Source: a virus
Taxonomy: Duplodnaviria > Caudoviricetes
Strand: one strand, 5' to 3'
IMG/VR virus record: IMGVR_UViG_2595698868_000001
Location: 32,001-96,000 of that record
DNA: 64,000 bases
Shown: positions 36,452-44,462 of the stretch, one piece after another
Position numbering within the stretch: the first letter of the stretch is position 1
Layout of the letters: each line of letters begins with the position of its first letter
Translations under genes and position numbers: made by a program
The notes under the pieces: generated by a model
The model's input: the letters and a program-made list of their open reading frames with translations, nothing else
Told to the model about the DNA's origin: nothing
Databases searched by the model: none

Positions 36452-36526
36452 CCCCATGTAGCTGAGACAGAGTAGCGCCAGAGTGAAATCCTGGAGACGG
36501 AGGTGCGAGCACTCTCGTGGGGGCCA
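36452..36526 (+). tRNA. tRNA-Phe(GAA), atypical T-arm
   Basis: CCCCATG/CGTGGGG, loop GTGAAAT, T-loop TGCGAGC. Confidence 0.75.
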
Positions 36527-36534
36527 TTTTCAGT

Positions 36535-36609
36535 GGCAGGTTAGTTCAGAGGTAGAACGCCGCTATGACATGGCGGATGTCGGGGGTTCAATTCCCTCAC
36601 CTGCTACCA
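36535..36609 (+). tRNA. tRNA-Val(GAC)
   Basis: ccgct-ATGACAT-ggcgg. Confidence 0.9.
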
Positions 36610-36610
36610 T

Positions 36611-36686
36611 CCTAGTGTAGCTCAGTTGGTAGAGCAGCGGATCGATAATCCGCCGGTCGCCGGTTCGATCCCGGCCGCTAGGTCCA
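36611..36686 (+). tRNA. tRNA-Ile(GAT), C33
   Basis: gcgga-TCGATAA-tccgc. Confidence 0.87.
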
Positions 36687-36694
36687 GTTTCTGA

Positions 36695-36770
36695 TGGGGC
36701 ATAGCTCAGGGGTTAGAGCGCGCGCTTGATAAGCGTGAGGCCGTTGGTTCGAGACCAACTGTCCCTACCA
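36695..36770 (+). tRNA. tRNA-Ile(GAT)
   Basis: cgcgc-TTGATAA-gcgtg. Confidence 0.9.
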
Positions 36771-36804
36771 AACAAAGGCCGGCGCGGAGATGCGCGCCGC
36801 CTAA

Positions 36805-36880
36805 CGCGAACGGGCCAGATGGGACGGCAGGGGTGTCACATACCTCGATTGACTGTGTTCGATTCACAGGTTCGCGACCA
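36805..36880 (+). tRNA. tRNA-Val(CAC)
   Basis: CGCGAAC/GTTCGCG, loop GTCACAT. Confidence 0.82.
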
Positions 36881-36887
36881 AGTTTCT

Positions 36888-36961
36888 TGGGGGATCGTCT
36901 AATGGTAGGACGGTAGAGTCTGGTTCTACAGATATAGGTTCGAGTCCTATTCCCCCATCCA
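36888..36961 (+). tRNA. tRNA-Gln(CTG)
   Basis: U1-A72, loop GTCTGGT. Confidence 0.9.
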
Positions 36962-36967
36962 AGTTGT

Positions 36968-37041
36968 TCTCGGGTGGTCTAATGGTAGGACATCTGGTTT
37001 TGGTCCAGAGGGTTGGGGTTCGATTCCTTGGCCGAGAGCCA
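36968..37041 (+). tRNA. tRNA-Gln(TTG)
   Basis: U1-A72, loop TTTTGGT. Confidence 0.9.
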
Positions 37042-37053
37042 ACTTGTTCTTGA

Positions 37054-37142
37054 TCTCATGTGGCGGAACTGGTAAACGCACCGGACTGTTAATCCGGCGT
37101 CTCGCAAGAGACTTGGGGGTTCGAAGCCCTCCGTGAGAGCCA
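37054..37142 (+). tRNA. tRNA-Asn(GTT) with long variable arm
   Basis: ccgga-CTGTTAA-tccgg, V-arm GTCTC-GCAA-GAGAC, G73. Confidence 0.85.
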
Positions 37143-37171
37143 ATATGTCGCAGCTTCGGCTGCGGCGAAAT

Positions 37172-37255
37172 GCCCTGGTAACCCGGCGCGCACTACGAAT
37201 GCGCGAGCCGTAGCTGGAGTTGAAAAGGCTGGTTCGAATCCAGCCCAGGGCGCCA
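37172..37255 (+). tRNA. D-armless tRNA-Arg(ACG)-like gene
   Basis: GCCCTGG/CCAGGGC, cgcgca-CTACGAA-tgcgcg, 8-nt linker instead of a D-arm, long variable region. Confidence 0.65.
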
Positions 37256-37259
37256 ACAT

Positions 37260-37337
37260 AGCGATGTAGCTCAGTGGATTTAGAGCGTTCCCCTACGAAG
37301 GGAAGGGTCGGGGGTTCGAGTCCCTCCATCGCTGCCA
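37260..37337 (+). tRNA. tRNA-Arg(ACG)
   Basis: canonical cloverleaf. Confidence 0.92.
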
Positions 37338-37342
37338 ACCTC

Positions 37343-37425
37343 AGCGTACAGGCCGAGCAGGATTATCGTCAGGCGCCGCCCTCCGAAGGCGGAGAGGCCC
37401 GGTTCGAGTCCGGGGTACGCTGCCA
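37343..37425 (+). tRNA. tRNA-Arg(CCG), A37, enlarged D-loop
   Basis: ccgcc-CTCCGAA-ggcgg. Confidence 0.85.
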
Positions 37426-37865
37426 GACATTGAGAGTTGACAGGCATTTTTAGGCAGCCTATATCCTCTCAAGTGAATTCCAAGCCCGCACCGGGATCGC
37501 TCAGGCGATAAGGCGGGCCTGGGCCTCCTGATCGTCAAGCAGAGCCCCCGCGTGGTCCCGGTCCGCGCGGGGGCTTTGTGATTCGGGCTTATCCTGAGTC
37601 AAGGTATTTATAGTTGACAGACAAGTGCCAGGAATCTTGACTCTCCAGGTCGATTCTACTACCGTGCGCTGCATCAACAACGCGTAGCTACCGTCGGGGA
37701 CGAAGGCTGTGTCGGATAACGACAAGGGCCAAACGGTGACCCCCGAGGCCCAAGCTGAAAACCAGGGACAGCAGCGTTTCTACGCGCTGCTTAACGAACT
37801 TCGGGCAGCACTGCGCCGTCCGTCGACGGAGGCTCATACACCCAACCTGGATGTCGAGACCGATC

Positions 37866-38345
37866 ATGGCTAACCAACCGAATGGAGCAGCGCAGGCCGA
37901 TCGCGTGCGGGAGATCGAGATGCGTCTTTGGGAAGAGGTGGGCACCCAACTCAAGGGTGTCACGGAAGCTATGAAGGAACTCGCGCTCGAAATGCGCGAT
38001 GTTCGTGAACGCCTCATTCGTATCGAGGCCCAGGATCAGCCCAAGAAGCTGGCGAGCCTGGAAGAAGACCTGCGCGAGACGCAAGACGAGATTGCGCGCG
38101 TCGAAAAGGACGCAGCGGACGATCTGGCCCGCGCCACGGCGGTCCATCATCAGGAAATCGGCCTGATCAAGTCCCAGGCCACGGCCGACATTGCCCGCGT
38201 CGAGAAGACTGCGGCCGACGACAAGCTTGCGCTCGAAAAGCGCCTTACCCGCATGGAGATGATCATCGCGCCGCTGACCTGCGCCGGCGGCGCCCTGCTG
38301 GCGACGATCATCACGATCTTGGTTCAGAAGTTCACGGGAAGCTAA
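37866..38345 (+). CDS. coiled-coil protein with C-terminal TM helix
   Basis: heptad-rich body, IIAPLTCAGGALLATIITILV. Confidence 0.75.
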   Translation: MANQPNGAAQADRVREIEMRLWEEVGTQLKGVTEAMKELALEMRDVRERLIRIEAQDQPKKLASLEEDLRETQDEIARVEKDAADDLARATAVHHQEIGLIKSQATADIARVEKTAADDKLALEKRLTRMEMIIAPLTCAGGALLATIITILVQKFTGS

Positions 38346-38454
38346 ACTACCTGCGGTCGTTTGCCGCAGCAGCTTCACAATAGGAAGTAGCTTGTGGCTT
38401 CACCAGGGCAAGGGTAGCTTAAACGCTATACCAACGCGCCCTCGGAGGGGACAC

Positions 38455-38691
38455 ATGATTAGCGCCGCTGCCGTTCTGGAATTTCAGGACGACCAAGAAC
38501 AAGAAACGGCGCACACCGCCGACGACTACCAAACGAATCTGATCCGACTGAGTTCCGAGTTTTTCTCACTCATTCAGGACGATGTGACGGAAGAGGGTAA
38601 GCGCCGCCTGGGCGATCTCCACCGAGCGATCGGGGTCGATCTCCAAAAATTCCGTAAGGCTTCCGTCATGGAGGGTCTTGCGGCCATCTAG
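38455..38691 (+). CDS. hypothetical protein
   Basis: GGAGGGG SD, MISAAAVLEF. Confidence 0.6.
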   Translation: MISAAAVLEFQDDQEQETAHTADDYQTNLIRLSSEFFSLIQDDVTEEGKRRLGDLHRAIGVDLQKFRKASVMEGLAAI

Positions 38692-38717
38692 TTCCTTACG
38701 CCGCAAGGGAGCGACGT

Positions 38718-39542
38718 TTGTCCGAAGCTTTTGAGTCTCACTCGTTCGACGATTCCACGTTCGAGCGTCCTCCCACCAAGTCTAAGGCGCAGGCGCGCGC
38801 TGAACGCCGCGCCGAACGAGCGTCAAAGCAGGCGGAGCATCGCGCTCCGCCGCTGGTGCCCAAGACTGAGAACCAGCGCGAGTACATCGAAATTCTCCGC
38901 GACGCCAATAGCTGCATCGCGCTCGGCCCCGCCGGCACCGGCAAGACCTATATCGCCGCCCGCATCGCGGCGCAGCGCAAGATGGCGGGCCATGTCGACA
39001 AGATCATCATCACTCGCGTGAACGTCTCCAAGCGCGAGCACGCCCTGGGCTTTCTGCCGGGCAACATCGACGCCAAGATGAAGCCCTGGATGACTCCGGT
39101 TGTCGAAGGCCTGCGTGCCGAGGTGTCGGCCAAGGTCATGGACACCTGGAAGGCCGCCGGCGAGTTCGAGATCGTGCCCTTCGAGTTCATGCGCGGGCGC
39201 ACCTTCGACAACGCCTTCGTGATCCTCGACGAGGCTCAGAACGCGTCGTTCGACGACCTGGAACTGTTCGTGACCCGTACCGGTCAGGGTTCGCAAGTCG
39301 TGATCTGCGGCGATCCCGGCCAGATCGACATCCCGAACTCCGGGCTGGAGATCATCACCGACATCGCCGAGGAAAACGGAATCGTCGACACGATCGAGTT
39401 CACCGAGGAAGACGTCGTTCGCTCGGCCGAGGCGAAGGCCTGGGTCAAGGGCATCGCGAAGTACAAGCGCGCCAAGGCTGCGGCCGGTGGCGATGCACGG
39501 AATCTTGACGGTGTCAACCGTTTCATCCATTCTGGGAATTAA
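38718..39542 (+). CDS. phoH: PhoH-like ATPase
   Basis: GPAGTGKT, LGFLPG, FMRGRTF, ILDEAQN, GDPGQID, DVVRS. Confidence 0.95.
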   Translation: MSEAFESHSFDDSTFERPPTKSKAQARAERRAERASKQAEHRAPPLVPKTENQREYIEILRDANSCIALGPAGTGKTYIAARIAAQRKMAGHVDKIIITRVNVSKREHALGFLPGNIDAKMKPWMTPVVEGLRAEVSAKVMDTWKAAGEFEIVPFEFMRGRTFDNAFVILDEAQNASFDDLELFVTRTGQGSQVVICGDPGQIDIPNSGLEIITDIAEENGIVDTIEFTEEDVVRSAEAKAWVKGIAKYKRAKAAAGGDARNLDGVNRFIHSGN

Positions 39543-39543
39543 G

Positions 39544-39571
39544 GAGTCACGTTTCGGAGGAAACGTGACTC
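39544..39571. repeat. GAGTCACGTTTC-N4-GAAACGTGACTC inverted repeat, copy 3
   Basis: perfect palindrome before the head-tail genes. Confidence 0.9.
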
Positions 39572-39592
39572 AGTCATAGGGTAGAACGGTCG

Positions 39593-40114
39593 ATGGCGTT
39601 TCAATTTGTGGTCGAGACGGGTGAGGGTGATCCCGACGCCAACTCCTACTGCACGGTGGAGTTCGCCGACGACTATTCGGAGATGAACATCCAGCGTTCC
39701 TCGGAGTGGCTCGCTCTGGAGGAAGAGGACAAGCAGCGCATCTTGGCGCGCGCGTCCAAGACGCTGGATGTCCGCTTCAAGTGGAACGGCACGCGCGTCG
39801 ATGGGGACTCCGGTCTGAAGTGGCCACGTGCCGGCGTCTACGACGAGGACGGCTTCATCATCGCTGACGATGTCATCCCCGGCATCCTTCAGGAAGCGAC
39901 CGCCGAGTTCGCCCTGTATCTGATGTCGGATGACTGGACCGCGCCGCGCGACGAAGACCAGTTCAAGGAACTGAAGGTCGACGTGATCGACATCAAGTTC
40001 GACACCACCTATCGCCGCTCCTACATCCCGCCGACGATCGTGGCGATGCTGGAGGGCCTGGGCTCCTCTAACTCGGGCAATCGCCCGGCCTTCAAGAAGA
40101 TCGTCCGGTCGTAA
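39593..40114 (+). CDS. head-tail adaptor protein
   Basis: VETGEG..DANSY.TV..AD.Y, LKWPR motifs. Confidence 0.8.
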   Translation: MAFQFVVETGEGDPDANSYCTVEFADDYSEMNIQRSSEWLALEEEDKQRILARASKTLDVRFKWNGTRVDGDSGLKWPRAGVYDEDGFIIADDVIPGILQEATAEFALYLMSDDWTAPRDEDQFKELKVDVIDIKFDTTYRRSYIPPTIVAMLEGLGSSNSGNRPAFKKIVRS

Positions 40115-40117
40115 TCC

Positions 40118-40492
40118 ATGGGCCTGAAGAACACGCTCCGTAAGGGGGTCAAGAAGGCGTTCGAGGCGCTCGACGACATCCCCAAGAAGGTCACGTATCA
40201 GAGCGTGTCCGGCGCGCCGGTGCGTGATCTGGATGCGGGGACTTTCACGCGGCCGTCGACCAACTACACGCTGCCTATGGTCGTGTTCACCAGCTTCACC
40301 ACGCGTGAACGGGACAAGGACCCAGCGATCGAGACGAACGACGTCAAGGTGCTCTTCCCCAGCATGGACCTGCCGGTGAAGGCCAAGACGCAGGACACCA
40401 TCATCGACGATGAAGGCGTGCTCTGGGAAGTGATCGACAAGAAGACGGACCCCGCTTCGGTCGTGACCATTCTCCAGATGCGTGCGGCCTAA
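40118..40492 (+). CDS. head closure protein
   Basis: synteny after adaptor, ~120 aa beta-rich. Confidence 0.65.
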   Translation: MGLKNTLRKGVKKAFEALDDIPKKVTYQSVSGAPVRDLDAGTFTRPSTNYTLPMVVFTSFTTRERDKDPAIETNDVKVLFPSMDLPVKAKTQDTIIDDEGVLWEVIDKKTDPASVVTILQMRAA

Positions 40493-40493
40493 C

Positions 40494-40991
40494 GTGGCGT
40501 ACAAGCGCAGCGGGAGCAAGCTCGCTGTTCAAGTCGACAACCCATTCTCTCACGCGTTCGAGCGTTTCTTCGAACAGGCCCAGGATAGCTTCGAGCGCCG
40601 CGAGAACGCGCTGCTGATCAAGCTGAACGAGAAGATTCTAGAGAATACGCCGGTCTGGGAAGGCGACACGATCCTCAATTGGCGGTGGTCGACCCGCGCG
40701 CCGGACATGAGTCACGAAGAGCCGCGCGGAGCCGGCATTGATCCCGGCCCGACGAATTCGATGCCGATCGGGTCTGAACCGCGTCGTAAGGCCAACGAGG
40801 CGCGCCCACGTCGTTCGCTGGCCGGCGCCCTGCGCGCCAAGAAGCCGGTCGACATCTACCTGACCAACACGTCGGACAGCGCCGTCGCCCTGGAGTACGG
40901 GCTGCTGCCCACGCCCCAGCGGTCACGCGTCGACAGTTCAAAGGGGATTGTCCGTCTGGCGATCGCCGAAGCTATGGCAGGTGTCCTGTGA
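40494..40991 (+). CDS. neck/tail completion protein (HK97 gp10-like)
   Basis: TPVWEG...NW, IYLTN....LEYG. Confidence 0.7.
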   Translation: MAYKRSGSKLAVQVDNPFSHAFERFFEQAQDSFERRENALLIKLNEKILENTPVWEGDTILNWRWSTRAPDMSHEEPRGAGIDPGPTNSMPIGSEPRRKANEARPRRSLAGALRAKKPVDIYLTNTSDSAVALEYGLLPTPQRSRVDSSKGIVRLAIAEAMAGVL

Positions 40992-41058
40992 TCTGGTTCG
41001 CCGCCTTCCACATCTTGCCCTGGCTGCCGTTCTGGTGGCTCTCTGAGGAGACCTGACC

Positions 41059-41514
41059 GTGTCGATCTTTAACGCCCTCCGTCGTGTCCTGGACACGAAG
41101 GCGCTGGCGGCGGCCACGGAAGCAGGCCTCGCCGGCAAGATTCAGTTGATGAACGAAGAGACCGTCAAGGACAAGCGTGCGGTTCACGCCGAGTTCTGGT
41201 TCCGCACCGGCGGTTCCAAGCAGTGCGAGCTTGGCCCGAATACGTCCCTTGAAATGACCGTGGGCATCTTCCAGTTCACCGTCTACTCACCCGAAAACGT
41301 GGGCAGCGGAAGCGGGACTGCGGCGGCCGATATTCTGCGCGCGCGGTTTAACCGCAAGCAATGGATGGTGGACCCCTACGGCTACGTCAACACCCAGGTC
41401 GCCAACGTCAAGACCCCGATGAGTGGTCCGGTGAACGGCCAGTTCGTGACGATCGTCGACGGCACCTTCTACTACTACCACCGCGATCCCGACGCTGGGG
41501 ACTTCCGGGAATAA
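41059..41514 (+). CDS. tail terminator protein
   Basis: GIFQFTVYSPENVG motif; position before the tail tube gene. Confidence 0.7.
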   Translation: MSIFNALRRVLDTKALAAATEAGLAGKIQLMNEETVKDKRAVHAEFWFRTGGSKQCELGPNTSLEMTVGIFQFTVYSPENVGSGSGTAAADILRARFNRKQWMVDPYGYVNTQVANVKTPMSGPVNGQFVTIVDGTFYYYHRDPDAGDFRE

Positions 41515-41655
41515 CGCTTGACGTCAGCTTGACTGGCTGCTATCTGCCAGGATTCTTGACACTCTCAGGCTTTTCGAGTAGGGTCCACCACATCGGCGCG
41601 CAGACCGGGGCGGTCGCCAGCCAACCCCCTGTTTTGCAACTTTTGGTGGGCAGAA

Positions 41656-43491
41656 ATGGTCCAAATCTTCGCCGACTCCAACCGCGCGGGTCTTCGCTAC
41701 ATCAAGGAAGACCCGAACGCCTGGGGCACCACGCCGGTCGATGGTGTGTCGCGCGCGCTGCGCTACACCGGTTCGACGATCAACGCCAACAAGGAAACGG
41801 CGGTCTCGGAAGAAATCCGTGAAGACCGCATGACGGCCGACTACATCGAGACGGGCGCGCGCTCGGCCGGTGACTTCAACGTCGAATTCTCGGCCGGCTC
41901 GCACGACGACTTCCTGGAATCCTTCGTGTTCGGCGCGTGGACGCGCCCGATGACCTTTGACTCCGTCAAGGGCACCAGCCTGGAATGGGCGAACTCGACG
42001 ACCCTGTACATCAAGGGCCAGGACGTCACCGACTACTTCTTCCCCGGTCGCCGCGTGAAGACGCTGGGCTTCCTGGAGACCGCCAACAACAACTACTGGC
42101 AGATCAGCACGATCACCTGGAACGCGGGCGCCAACCGCACCGAGATCGTCGTGACCGATTCGACCGCCGTGGCCGAGTTGGGCTCGTTCTACACGTCGAT
42201 GATCGACGCCAACGACGTCATCGTCCTGAAGAACGACACGATCCGTGCCGGTACCGGCGGCGAGGCTGCCTTCGACTCGAACGGTTCGAATGCGTTCGCT
42301 GCCGCGATCGCGGCGGGCCAACTGAGCGCGGGTCAGAAGATTTTCGTCGACGGCCTGGGCATCGAAACCGGCACCGTCACGTTCTCGGATCAGCCGGCGG
42401 TGGGCTCGAAGGTCACCGTGTCGGATGGCGACAAGACCCTGGTCTTCCAATTCGGCGGCACCGTGCCTCCCGGTACCGAATCTGTCGACCTGGGCTCGGG
42501 CGCTGACGCGACCGCCGAGAATTTCGCTGCGGCGCTGAACGGCTTCAATCGCGATGGTTCGCTCCTCGTTTCGGCCACCGCTGCTGGCGGCGTCGTGACG
42601 CTGAAGAACCTGCGCCGCACCAACGGCTCGATCCTGGAAACGACCGACACGGGCAACGTGATCACGGTCGCTCAGTTCTCGGGCGGCTCGGCCTCGCTGC
42701 ACGGCGTGTTCAAGATCGAATCGGTCTCGGACGACAAGATCACCGTTTCGCCGGCGCCGGCGACCTTCGCCAACGGCGCAGGCCTGCCCGTGACGATCAA
42801 GGGCTCGATGCTGCGCAACCCGTCGGAAACCGCCGACATCATCCCGCAGTCGTTCACGATCGAAACCGGCTTCGGCGACGTCAGCCAATACTGGATCACC
42901 GATGGCCTGCGCGTCGGCACGTTCACCTACAACATCGCCTCGAACGCGATCCTGACCGGCTCGTTCGGCTTCAACGGCCGCCAGACCAAGCGTCAAGGCG
43001 TGACCAAGCTGGGCGCGGCGCCGTACACGGTCCTGGACTCGACGGCGACGCCGGTCGCGAACGCAACGACCAACGTCGGCGCGATCAAGATCAACGGTGA
43101 AGAACTGTCGACCGCGATCCAGTCGATCACGATCTCGGGCAACAACAACCTGCGTGACCAGAACGCCGTCAGCTACAAGTTCCCCGCCGGCATCGGCGCG
43201 GGCCGCCTGGAAGTGACCGGCAACCTCGTCGCCTACTTCGCCGACGGCAGCCTGTGGGACAAGTTCATCGAGCACGACACCGTTTCGGTGGAATTCTCGA
43301 TCGAGGACGTCCTGAGCAACCACTACGAGTTCACGGTCCCCGCCGTCAACTTCACCACGGACACGGTCAACCCTCCGGGCGGCAACCAGGACGTGATGGA
43401 GAACATGGAATACGGCGCCAAGCGCGACCCGATCACGAAGTGCGAACTCCAGATCGACCGCTTCTCGGCCATCTCCGCCGTCACCGCCTAA
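41656..43491 (+). CDS. major tail tube protein
   Basis: E...WGTTP, SEEIREDR, G.LEVTG.L.AYF motifs; biased codons. Confidence 0.88.
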   Translation: MVQIFADSNRAGLRYIKEDPNAWGTTPVDGVSRALRYTGSTINANKETAVSEEIREDRMTADYIETGARSAGDFNVEFSAGSHDDFLESFVFGAWTRPMTFDSVKGTSLEWANSTTLYIKGQDVTDYFFPGRRVKTLGFLETANNNYWQISTITWNAGANRTEIVVTDSTAVAELGSFYTSMIDANDVIVLKNDTIRAGTGGEAAFDSNGSNAFAAAIAAGQLSAGQKIFVDGLGIETGTVTFSDQPAVGSKVTVSDGDKTLVFQFGGTVPPGTESVDLGSGADATAENFAAALNGFNRDGSLLVSATAAGGVVTLKNLRRTNGSILETTDTGNVITVAQFSGGSASLHGVFKIESVSDDKITVSPAPATFANGAGLPVTIKGSMLRNPSETADIIPQSFTIETGFGDVSQYWITDGLRVGTFTYNIASNAILTGSFGFNGRQTKRQGVTKLGAAPYTVLDSTATPVANATTNVGAIKINGEELSTAIQSITISGNNNLRDQNAVSYKFPAGIGAGRLEVTGNLVAYFADGSLWDKFIEHDTVSVEFSIEDVLSNHYEFTVPAVNFTTDTVNPPGGNQDVMENMEYGAKRDPITKCELQIDRFSAISAVTA

Positions 43492-43496
43492 TTGGA

Positions 43497-43524
43497 GAGT
43501 CACGTTTTCCCCGAAACGTGACTG
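43497..43524. repeat. GAGTCACGTTT-N-GAAACGTGACT inverted repeat, copy 4
   Basis: near-perfect copy after the tail tube gene. Confidence 0.85.
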
Positions 43525-43649
43525 CTCCTCCTTCTTTTCCCCGACAGACGCCAGTTTAGCCCTCGGGCTTACGGAGTCTCAGCGCTGAGCAGGGCGTCCC
43601 GGAGTCGGGGCCGGGACGCCCACCCTTCCCCTGACAAGGTAACCCGAAA

Positions 43650-44063
43650 ATGAGCGAAGCTCTCGACCTGTTTGAACTGTTCTCGTCCAACAAGGAATCC
43701 GAAGAAGCCGGCCGCTGGGTCGAACTCGGTTCCGGCACCAGCTTCAAGATTCGTGCGTTCGGCGCCAAGGCCGTTTCCGACCTGCGCGACAATCTGACCA
43801 AGCCCTACGCGCAACTGCTGCGCGTCGGCTCGAAGATTCCGGACGACAAGAACGAAGAGATCGGCCTGAAGGTTCTGGCCGGCGCCGTCATCGCCGACTG
43901 GAAGAACGTCAAGAACGCCGCCGGCGAGATCGTCCCCTACTCCGCCGACGAGGCCTACGCCATCCTGAAGGCTCTGCCGAAGCTCGCCAGCTTCATCGTG
44001 CAGTACAGCCTGGAAGGCCAGAACTACCGCGACGAGGCCAAGGAAGACGGCCTGGGAAACTGA
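43650..44063 (+). CDS. tail assembly chaperone (gpG-like)
   Basis: between tube and tape measure; ends in slippery G GGA AAC. Confidence 0.85.
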   Translation: MSEALDLFELFSSNKESEEAGRWVELGSGTSFKIRAFGAKAVSDLRDNLTKPYAQLLRVGSKIPDDKNEEIGLKVLAGAVIADWKNVKNAAGEIVPYSADEAYAILKALPKLASFIVQYSLEGQNYRDEAKEDGLGN

Positions 44064-44455
44064 TCAGCGCGCTCGATCAGGCCCTAGAAAATCCTCCCGA
44101 TGCAAATTGGGAGTTCAAGAATACGGCTCGTGTGGCGAAGGGGCTTCCGCCCCTTCCGCCACCACCGCCCCCGATCGAGGTCTATCAAGACCTCCAGTGG
44201 GCATATGCCGGCTTCTGGCGCCTGTCGAACGCGCGCCCCATCGGCATGGCCGGACCACTCCGAATTCCCTTCTCCGAAATCGCCGGCTACTGCCAACTAC
44301 ACGGCTACGATATCGGGAAGCGACTAGACTTCCTCTACTACATCGAACGGCTCGATGACAAGTTCATGGAGTACGTGAAGAAGAAGCAGGACGAGGAAGA
44401 ACAAAAGAAGGCTCAGAATAATGGCGCGCCGCGACCGAATCCTTCGCGGCGCTGA
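44054..44455 (+). CDS. tail assembly chaperone gpGT extension via -1 frameshift
   Basis: the -1 frame is open from GGGAAAC (44054-44060) through ORF 44132..44455. Confidence 0.8.
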   Translation, partial: GKLISALDQALENPPDANWEFKNTARVAKGLPPLPPPPPPIEVYQDLQWAYAGFWRLSNARPIGMAGPLRIPFSEIAGYCQLHGYDIGKRLDFLYYIERLDDKFMEYVKKKQDEEEQKKAQNNGAPRPNPSRR

Positions 44456-44462
44456 GGGATAG

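Noticed and set aside
27240-37425. Stop-codon reassignment or suppressor tRNAs
   Set aside because: No CTA, TTA or TCA anticodons were found, and genes end normally at all three stop codons.
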